Source: Alphaproteobacteria bacterium
GTDB lineage: Bacteria; Pseudomonadota; Alphaproteobacteria; Rs-D84
DNA length: 36,232 nucleotides
NCBI GenBank assembly: GCA_029051085.1
Contig: JAIDLK010000012.1
Span: forward strand, 1-36,232
Direction: 5' to 3'
Below, piece by piece: positions 9,736 through 15,886 of the stretch (position 1 is its first letter; each line of letters opens with the position of its first letter). The notes under the pieces are model-generated. The model was not told where the DNA came from. It did no database searches and worked only from the letters and a program-made list of their open reading frames with translations. Made by a program: the position numbers and the translations under genes.

Positions 9736-9939
9736 ATGCCAAAACTGAAAACAAAGTCGTACTTGAAAAAGCGCGCATCTATGACTGCGACCGGTAAAAT
9801 CCGTGTTGCCAGAAACGCCCACAAGAAACTGTTGCGTAAAAAATCCGCACGTGCAAACAACGCCGGGTCCAAACCGCAGTATCTGAATGAAAACATGGTT
9901 GGTCAGGCGAAAATCTTGGCCCCGTATGGTTTGAAATAA
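9736..9939 (+). CDS. rpmI: 50S ribosomal protein L35
   Basis: MPKLKTKSYLKKR...TGKI..ARNAHKK: the typical L35 N-terminus, 67 aa, followed directly by rplT. Confidence 0.93.
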   Translation: MPKLKTKSYLKKRASMTATGKIRVARNAHKKLLRKKSARANNAGSKPQYLNENMVGQAKILAPYGLK

Positions 9940-9955
9940 TTGGGGGTAACATAAA

Positions 9956-10324
9956 ATGGCAAGAGTAAAACGCGGAACAACCGTTAAACAGAAACATAAT
10001 AAAATATTGGCGCGCGCCAAGGGTTATCTTGGCCGTCATCACTCGACATACCGCGCCGCGCGTGAAAAGACCGAAAAAGCAGGTCAGTACGCATACCGTG
10101 ACCGTCGCGTTAAAAAGCGCGAATTCCGCGGTTTGTGGATTGTGCGTATCAACGCCGCATGCCGTATGAACGGTATCAGCTATAGCCAGTTTATGTCCGG
10201 CCTGAAAAAAGCGGGCATCGCACTGGACCGCAAGGTTCTGGCGGAAATGGCATACGCGGCCGATGCGAACTTCGCAAAATTGGTTGAAACCGCAAAACGA
10301 TTTAACAGCGCCGAATCCAAATAA
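9956..10324 (+). CDS. rplT: 50S ribosomal protein L20
   Basis: [23 protein letters not shown]: canonical L20, 122 aa. Confidence 0.95.
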   Translation: MARVKRGTTVKQKHNKILARAKGYLGRHHSTYRAAREKTEKAGQYAYRDRRVKKREFRGLWIVRINAACRMNGISYSQFMSGLKKAGIALDRKVLAEMAYAADANFAKLVETAKRFNSAESK

Positions 10325-10356
10325 CACTTGGCGGTGATTGATTGTTTTGTCATAAT

Positions 10357-10390
10357 AAAAGCCGTCAAAGTGACGGCTTTTATTTATTTT
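10357..10390 (+). terminator. Intrinsic terminator after rplT
   Basis: GCCGTCA-aag-TGACGGC followed by TTTTATTTATTTT. Confidence 0.8.
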
Positions 10391-10402
10391 TAAGGGTAAA
10401 TT

Positions 10403-11350
10403 ATGCAAGAACAGATAAAAAATATAAATTCATTGGAAGAGCTGCAGGCATTATACGCATCAGTATTCGGTAAAAACGGTACAATGACGGCACGCTTAAA
10501 GGAAATGAAAAATCTGGATAACGATGCACGCGCGGCACTGAATACGGAAAACACGACCCTGCGGGAATTGTTCAAAGTACGCCAAGCCGAATTGGAACAG
10601 GCCGCACTGATGGAAAAACTGGCGGGCGAGCGCCTGGATGCGACCCTGGATGCGGCACCGGAAAACCGCGGCACAATTCATCCGCTTTCGCGCGCATTGG
10701 CCGAAGTGTCCGGAATACTTGAATCTTTTGGCTATACAATGCATACCGGACCGGAGGTTGAAGACGACTGGCATAACTTTACCGCATTAAATACACCGGC
10801 ACACCACCCTGCCCGCGATATGCAGGACACTTTCTTTTTGCCAAACGGGAATGTTTTGCGCACCCAAACATCGGCGATACAGATTCGCGCCATGGAAGGT
10901 CACGGCGTACCGATTAAAATGTTCGGGGTCGGCGCAACATACCGCAAGGAAATGGATGCAACGCACGGCCCAATGTTCGGCCAGATAGAGGGACTGTATA
11001 TTGACCGTAACGTCACAATGGCGGATTTAATCGGCGATATTCGCGCATTCCTGGCCCGCTTTTTTGAGGTGGATAATGTGGAATTACGCATACGTCCGTC
11101 ATACTTTCCCTTTACCGACCCCAGCATTGAGATAGACATGAAATTCCGTGGGGACAAGTGGCTGGAAATTATGGGGGCCGGAATGGTGCACCCGAATGTT
11201 TTGCGCAATTGCGGAATAAACCCCGATGAATATCAGGGATTTGCATTCGGTTTTGGCTGGGACAGACTGGCGATGCTTAAATACGGCCTGCCGGATTTGC
11301 GTGAGTTATATGGAAATGATGTGCGCTGGCTGCGTCGGTACGGTTTTTAA
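10403..11350 (+). CDS. pheS: Phenylalanine-tRNA ligase alpha subunit (short, 315 aa)
   Basis: Class II core motifs (HPARDMQDTFF, RTQTSAIQIR, FRPSYFPFTDPSIE, GAGMVHPNVL, GFGWDRLAML), followed by pheT. Confidence 0.95.
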   Translation: MQEQIKNINSLEELQALYASVFGKNGTMTARLKEMKNLDNDARAALNTENTTLRELFKVRQAELEQAALMEKLAGERLDATLDAAPENRGTIHPLSRALAEVSGILESFGYTMHTGPEVEDDWHNFTALNTPAHHPARDMQDTFFLPNGNVLRTQTSAIQIRAMEGHGVPIKMFGVGATYRKEMDATHGPMFGQIEGLYIDRNVTMADLIGDIRAFLARFFEVDNVELRIRPSYFPFTDPSIEIDMKFRGDKWLEIMGAGMVHPNVLRNCGINPDEYQGFAFGFGWDRLAMLKYGLPDLRELYGNDVRWLRRYGF

Positions 11351-11367
11351 CGCGGGGGATTAAAAAA

Positions 11368-13674
11368 ATGAAATGGACATACGATTGGTTAAAAGACTAT
11401 TTGGAAACGAACGCATCCGCGGATGAAATCGCAGATACCCTTACGCGTATCGGACTGGAAATTGATGATGTTATAACACCTGTTGTGCCAATTGCGGCAA
11501 AAATCATTGAGTGCAAGCCGCATGAAAACAGCGACCATTTGCATGTACTTATGGTTGACGATGGCACGGGAACACCGCGCCAGGTTGTATGCGGCGCGCC
11601 AAATGCACGTGTGGGTCTGATATCCGCATTGGCGGTGCCGGGCTGTATTGTCGACGGGCATGAAATTCAAAGTGGAAAACTGCGCGGCGTGCTGTCCAAC
11701 GGCATGATGTGCAGTGAAAAAGAACTGGGGTTATCCGACAATCATGACGGTATTATTGAGCTGCCGGAGGAGACTGTAATCGGCATGCCAGTATTGAGCG
11801 CACCGACAGTTTTTGAAGCCGGCATCACGCCAAACCGTCCGGACTATCTGGCGGTACGTGGTATTGCGCGTGATTTGGCGGCGGCCGGATTGGGTCGCTA
11901 TACCGGAAAAGGCAACGGAACAGTTGTTGATACCAACACCGGCCGCAATGTAGATATAAAAACAGATAAATGCATGATATATCGCATGGCTGAAATCCAT
12001 GATATAAAAATGGCCGCCTCCGATGACACGGTTACGCGTCGCCTGCGTGCGATTGGAATTAACCCGAAAAATGCATGTATTGATGCGACAAACTATATCT
12101 GCTTTGACCGTGGTCAACCCATGCATTGTTTTGACGCAGACTGCGTTTCCGGTGATATTACCGTACGAATGGCGGCGCCGGGAGAAACATTCACCGACCT
12201 GTTCGGTGCGGAACACACTTTGCACAGCAGTGATATTGTTATAACCGACGATAAGGGCATCTTGGCACTGGCCGGGGTTATCGGTGGCGCGCGCGGCATG
12301 ACAACGGACGATACAAAAAACATAATCCTGGAAAGTGCTTATTTCGACCCTGTTTCAGTCCGCAAGACTTCAAAAAGATTGGGAATTTCAACAGACGCGT
12401 CATATCGCTATGAGCGCGGCATTGATCCAACAATTTCCGACCAGGCTTTGGCGGATGCATTGAAAATGATACAGAGTACATGTGGTGGGCAAGTGGTGGC
12501 GATAAAGACCGCCGGCGAAGTTGAAGCCGAACGCCCGGTTGTTGATTATTCACCGGAAAGTTTCGCGAAAAAAATGGGTATTGATGTCCCGGCAGATGTC
12601 CAGACACAGATTTTAACCAGTCTGGGATATACAATTGAGCAACATAAAAATGATTGGCGTGTATTCCCGCCACGTCGCCGCGTGGACGTAGAGATTGCCG
12701 AGACTGTAATCGCAGACATCGCGCGTATTTACGGATATGACAAAATCGCGGCCGCGGCGGTGCATCGCCCGGCAAATCCGGTCGCGCCACATCCCGACCA
12801 TGCGTTGGATATTAAACGTGCATTGGCTGCACGCGGATTGAATGAATGCCGCAGCTATGCTTTCGGGAACTCAAAAACAGAGAAACTGTTGTCGGACCAT
12901 ACGCCCGTTATGGTCGCCAATCCAATCGTATCCGATTTGGACACGGCGCGCGGGGACCTGATGGGCGGATTACTGCAGGCAGTGTCTAATAACGAAAAGC
13001 GCGGATATCCGGACCTGAGCTTGTTTGAGCTTGGGACGGTATTTGATGGCGACACCCCCGGCGCCCAGCGCACGGCCCTGGCAATTGTACGCACGGGCGC
13101 GACGGGACCAAGACACTGGGCAAAACGCAACCGCGATGTTGATATTTTCGATGTAAAAGCGGATATCGTATCAATGTTGGCGGGCCAGAAATATACCGTG
13201 GCAACGGATAATCCGCCACGTTGGGCGCACCCGTACAGATATGGCCGGATAATGCAGGGGAAAAAAGTTATTGCGGAATTTGGCGAGCTGTCACCGATTG
13301 TGGCACGTGAATTGCGCATAAAAACGCGTGTATGCATTGCAACGGTTGCAGATATCGAAAATATTCCACAGCGCCGCGCGGCAAAATATATTCCCGCCGC
13401 AGAGTTCCCGCCGATAACACGTGACTTTGCATTTATCACGGATGCCGCAACCCATGCCGGCGGCATTGTCGGCACAGCCATGTCAGCCGACCGTCGTATT
13501 GTGGATGCGGTTGTATTTGACGCGTTTGACATCGGCAACGGGACAAAATCAATCGCATTTACCATTACAATTCAGCCCGATAAAAATATGACTGATACGG
13601 ATTTGATGGAAATCCAGAATGCGGTTATAGCAGCGGTTGAAAAAAAGTGCGGGGCACAAATCCGCGATAAGTAA
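11368..13674 (+). CDS. pheT: Phenylalanine-tRNA ligase beta subunit
   Basis: MKWTYDWLKDYLE N-terminus, tRNA-binding domain (HPNSDHL-like ...VCGAPNARVG), B3/4 and B5 regions, 768 aa. Confidence 0.95.
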   Translation: MKWTYDWLKDYLETNASADEIADTLTRIGLEIDDVITPVVPIAAKIIECKPHENSDHLHVLMVDDGTGTPRQVVCGAPNARVGLISALAVPGCIVDGHEIQSGKLRGVLSNGMMCSEKELGLSDNHDGIIELPEETVIGMPVLSAPTVFEAGITPNRPDYLAVRGIARDLAAAGLGRYTGKGNGTVVDTNTGRNVDIKTDKCMIYRMAEIHDIKMAASDDTVTRRLRAIGINPKNACIDATNYICFDRGQPMHCFDADCVSGDITVRMAAPGETFTDLFGAEHTLHSSDIVITDDKGILALAGVIGGARGMTTDDTKNIILESAYFDPVSVRKTSKRLGISTDASYRYERGIDPTISDQALADALKMIQSTCGGQVVAIKTAGEVEAERPVVDYSPESFAKKMGIDVPADVQTQILTSLGYTIEQHKNDWRVFPPRRRVDVEIAETVIADIARIYGYDKIAAAAVHRPANPVAPHPDHALDIKRALAARGLNECRSYAFGNSKTEKLLSDHTPVMVANPIVSDLDTARGDLMGGLLQAVSNNEKRGYPDLSLFELGTVFDGDTPGAQRTALAIVRTGATGPRHWAKRNRDVDIFDVKADIVSMLAGQKYTVATDNPPRWAHPYRYGRIMQGKKVIAEFGELSPIVARELRIKTRVCIATVADIENIPQRRAAKYIPAAEFPPITRDFAFITDAATHAGGIVGTAMSADRRIVDAVVFDAFDIGNGTKSIAFTITIQPDKNMTDTDLMEIQNAVIAAVEKKCGAQIRDK

Positions 13675-13676
13675 AA

Positions 13677-13704
13677 GCCGGCCGGCAAACGCCGGCCTTT
13701 TTTA
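13677..13704 (+). terminator. Intrinsic terminator after pheT
   Basis: GGCCGGC-aaac-GCCGGCC followed by TTTTTT. Confidence 0.85.
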
Positions 13705-13705
13705 T

Positions 13706-13733
13706 TTGAAAAAAGCGTGATTTATGCTATAAT
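13706..13733 (+). promoter_or_regulatory. Sigma70-type promoter with extended -10 (TTGAAA-N16-TGcTATAAT)
   Basis: -35 TTGAAA at 13706-13711, TG at 13725-13726, -10 TATAAT at 13728-13733. Lies directly after the pheT terminator and upstream of the 13844 ORF. Confidence 0.6.
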
Positions 13734-13771
13734 TTAAAGGCATAGGAAGCAAAAACATACGCCTAATTAAA

Positions 13772-13800
13772 ACCACCGATTATTCTGATGGTTTTTATTT
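13772..13800 (+). promoter_or_regulatory. Terminator-like hairpin plus U-tract inside the 5' leader of the 13844 ORF (possible attenuator)
   Basis: ACCACC-gattattct-GATGGT followed by TTTTATTTTTTT. The 14-mer GATGGTTTTTATTT is identical to 23304-23317 in the leader of the 23341 ORF. Confidence 0.5.
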
Positions 13801-13843
13801 TTTTATACTTTCCCAATTTCTGCATGTTTTTATCCTTGTTTTT

Positions 13844-14191
13844 ATGCCTAAGGAAAACGGTCCTTTGTTTGCCGCATTATGCATTGTTGGTGCAACACCG
13901 GCAATGGCGGCATCAAACGGTATGTGCGAACTGATTGTACAAATGCAAAATGTATTTAAGATACTGCGAACGATGGCGTTTGTCGGGGCAGGGTTTGTGT
14001 TGGCAAAATACGCATGGGATGCAATAGTCGGCGGTAAACTGGGCGGTAAAGATAACATTGCAGACGGCTTAAAGGCCGTTGGCGTACCAATGATTGTTGG
14101 ATTTGCACTGCTGTTTTCAATCGGCCTGGTTTTGGGATTTTTGTCAAACGGCGCAAATCTGGGATGCACGGCGATTACACAGGGCTGGTAA
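13844..14191 (+). CDS. Small secreted two-helix membrane protein, TrbC/VirB2 (T4SS pilin)-like architecture
   Basis: Signal peptide (LFAALCIVGATPAMAA), then hydrophobic helix - charged/aromatic loop (AKYAWDAIVGGKLGGKDNIADGLK) - second hydrophobic helix (VPMIVGFALLFSIGLVLGFL). At 115 aa, length and layout resemble VirB2/TrbC pilins. No obvious SD. Not verified by a profile search. Confidence 0.5.
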   Translation: MPKENGPLFAALCIVGATPAMAASNGMCELIVQMQNVFKILRTMAFVGAGFVLAKYAWDAIVGGKLGGKDNIADGLKAVGVPMIVGFALLFSIGLVLGFLSNGANLGCTAITQGW

Positions 14192-14206
14192 ACAAGGGGG
14201 ATGAAT

Positions 14207-14287
14207 ATGAAAATATCAAAAAAGCACGTTGTATTCGCGATAATGGTTATCGCCATACTGGCATGCGGATACATGATTGCGATATAA
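14207..14287 (+). CDS. 26-aa single-TM micro-ORF (MKISKKHVVFAIMVIAILACGYMIAI)
   Basis: Not in the ORF track (too short). GGGGGA SD 6 nt upstream of the ATG, the same SD type as metG and the 23341 ORF. Starts 16 nt after the preceding stop and is followed at once by a terminator. Contains a lipobox-like ILAC. Confidence 0.4.
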   Translation: MKISKKHVVFAIMVIAILACGYMIAI

Positions 14288-14290
14288 AAT

Positions 14291-14312
14291 CAAAGCCCCG
14301 ACCGGGGCTTTG
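14291..14312. terminator. Bidirectional intrinsic terminator between convergent accessory genes
   Basis: CAAAGCCCC-gacc-GGGGCTTTG with T-rich flanks on both strands. Confidence 0.8.
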
Positions 14313-14313
14313 A

Positions 14314-14592
14314 TTATTTTGAATAATAACAATCGCCTTCGTATACCCCACTGCCCGAGCCATCAGAAAAAGTGGTGCCGGATGGTATATAGCAAGATGT
14401 TATGTCTCCGGTATTGCGATCGACCGTTGTACCATAAACCCCACCGGATGATGGACAGCGAGTGCATGCTGCACTGTTTAAATAATATCCGGGTTTACAT
14501 GCAGTATAAGTTTTTGTGGTCGTCGTACAGGCAGCATATGCATATTGCATATTTATCAATGTTATAAGAACAATAAAAAAAATCTTTTTCAT
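14314..14592 (-). CDS. Secreted Cys-rich, Thr/Ser/Gly-rich small protein (92 aa; paralog of the upstream gene)
   Basis: Sec signal peptide MKKIFFIVLITLINMQYAYA. The mature part has 6 Cys, including CKPGYYLNSAACTRCP. AGGTGA SD. Its ATG overlaps the upstream stop (ATGA). Confidence 0.75.
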   Translation of the reverse strand: MKKIFFIVLITLINMQYAYAACTTTTKTYTACKPGYYLNSAACTRCPSSGGVYGTTVDRNTGDITSCYIPSGTTFSDGSGSGVYEGDCYYSK

Positions 14593-14945
14593 ATTATATC
14601 ACCTATATTACCTGTATCACCCATCAAACACGGAGAACCATCAGAATTCGTACTTTTGTTTGAAGGCGTATAACATGTTTTCTCAGTGGTTTCGCAGGTG
14701 CCGTAGGCCTGGGTGTAATAACCGTAAGAATCACTGCCGCTTGTGCTAGAACGTGTGCACGTAGTGCCTGATACCGTCCAGCCAATCGGACAAGTTTTCT
14801 CTGTCCGGCCTTTACAACAATACGGACTCGCTGACGTTGTCTTTTTTCTACATTCTGATGATGTGTCGCATCCTAGTAATGATGCTGAGTTTGCCGATGA
14901 TATTGGAATAACCAATATCAATGCTGCGATAAAAATATGTTTCAT
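14589..14945 (-). CDS. Secreted Cys-rich, Thr/Ser/Gly-rich small protein (118 aa from the Met at 14945)
   Basis: AGGAGG SD 7 nt upstream of the ATG at 14945; the track start at 14972 would include the SD. Signal peptide MKHIFIAALILVIPISSANSA. 9 Cys. CPIGWTVSGTTCTRSSTSG aligns with CKPGYYLNSAACTRCPSSG of the downstream paralog. Confidence 0.75.
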   Translation of the reverse strand: MKHIFIAALILVIPISSANSASLLGCDTSSECRKKTTSASPYCCKGRTEKTCPIGWTVSGTTCTRSSTSGSDSYGYYTQAYGTCETTEKTCYTPSNKSTNSDGSPCLMGDTGNIGDII

Positions 14946-14970
14946 TTTAAACCTCCTGTTTGTGCGAAAC

Positions 14971-15183
14971 AAAAAACCACCAAATATTTGGTGGTCAGGA
15001 GGCTGATAACAATTCTGTGAATTGCGTGCTTATTCAATATATTCGCAACCCTCCTGACCCGCGGTTCAGGAGATTTATATTTAACGTCGTAATAAAAATG
15101 GCGCGGCGCGCCAACAAGTATCTATTCCGACGCACAGAAAGAGGTTATCAGGCCTCATCACGACAACCCGTCGCGACATAAAA
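14971..15183 (-). ncRNA. Structured 5' leader, copy A, of a conserved unclassified cis-regulatory RNA element ending in an intrinsic terminator
   Basis: On the minus strand: 5' hairpin; a 4-bp/8-nt-loop hairpin (GAGG-cctgataa-CCTC, 15141-15156); variable hairpin; H1 (15051-15072); a 26-nt core (15028-15053) identical at 25/26 to 23227-23252; a 5-bp hairpin AATTC-aca-GAATT; GTTATCAG complementary to the 8-nt loop; CCTCCTGACC (14993-15002) complementary to the H1 3' arm; terminator CCACCAAATATTTGGTGG plus T6 (14971-14994). The strand call follows the U-tract and the downstream gene. Confidence 0.6.
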
Positions 15184-15221
15184 AGTATATAGTACAGTAA
15201 GAATTTTTGCCAGTGATTTTT

Positions 15222-15881
15222 TTATGCCGTCTTGCATGCAGCCGTACAGATATGCGCAACCGGGCAATCGGCGCATTTCGGGCGCAATGCCTTGCAGGTA
15301 TAGCGGCCATGCAAAACCATTACATGATTTACAATTCCGTGGTATTTTTTCGGTATTTTGGTCAGCAGTGCCGCCTCTACCTTTTCCGGAGTGTTCGCGT
15401 CATCGCCCACCCAGCCATATCGGTGCGCATTGCGAAAAACATGCGTATCCACACCGATAAACGGCGCGCCCCATAAAACATTCATAACTACGTTGGCGGT
15501 TTTCTGGCCGATGCCCGGCAATTTCATCAGGATATCGCGATTATGAAATTTTTCCGGAAATGTATAAGCGATATCGGTGGCGCCCGCCTCGTCCATAAGT
15601 CTGGCGGCCAGCCCCATTATACTTTTCGTCTTGTTATTAAAGAACGACAGAACTTTTATATGAGCTTTCAAGCCGTCTTCGCCCAGCGCAATCATTTTTG
15701 CAGGCGTGGGTGCCACACGGAACAGGTCGGGCGTGACCTCGTTTACTTTTTTATCTGTCGCCTGGGCCGATAAAATTACCGCAACCGCGAATGTGAATTC
15801 GTTTGTCGAATACAATTCCGACCGAATATTCATATCCACGGTTTTTGGTACGGCGGTAAAATACTGCTCAGGCGTCATCAT
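15222..15881 (-). CDS. nth: Endonuclease III (DNA glycosylase/AP lyase)
   Basis: HhH-GPD region (LPGIGQKTANVVMNV, VDTHV) and C-terminal 4Fe-4S cluster loop C-x6-C-x2-C-x5-C (CKALRPKCADCPVAHIC). Confidence 0.93.
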   Translation of the reverse strand: MMTPEQYFTAVPKTVDMNIRSELYSTNEFTFAVAVILSAQATDKKVNEVTPDLFRVAPTPAKMIALGEDGLKAHIKVLSFFNNKTKSIMGLAARLMDEAGATDIAYTFPEKFHNRDILMKLPGIGQKTANVVMNVLWGAPFIGVDTHVFRNAHRYGWVGDDANTPEKVEAALLTKIPKKYHGIVNHVMVLHGRYTCKALRPKCADCPVAHICTAACKTA

Positions 15882-15886
15882 TTAGC

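Noticed and set aside
14946-14972. Upstream-extended starts offered by the ORF track: 14972 for the Cys-rich gene, 26086 for metG, 19062 for the DUF421 gene and 34441 for the HExxH gene.
   Set aside because: In each case the extension swallows the gene's own SD, promoter, terminator hairpin or tRNA promoter region. An internal start with a proper SD and a sensible N-terminus (signal peptide or HIGH-region spacing) exists.
15028-15053. Leader-peptide reading of the conserved core: a TTG start giving MNKH.../MNKR..., which in copy A would end at a TGA overlapping the main ATG.
   Set aside because: The SD-like GGAGG is 12 nt from the TTG. The two putative peptides diverge completely after 3 residues and differ greatly in length (about 30 vs 11 aa). 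Conservation is at the nucleotide level and extends upstream of the putative start. This reading remains a minor alternative.
15101-15113. The GC-rich palindrome GGCGCGGCGCGCC inside leader copy A, considered as a protein-binding site.
   Set aside because: It is absent from copy B and falls in the variable hairpin region. It is most simply the tip of that hairpin.
14960-15181. 73-aa plus-strand ORF in the nth/Cys-rich intergenic region.
   Set aside because: It has no SD. It lies on the strand opposite the terminator and leader logic, and it is fully explained by the structured leader (copy A).
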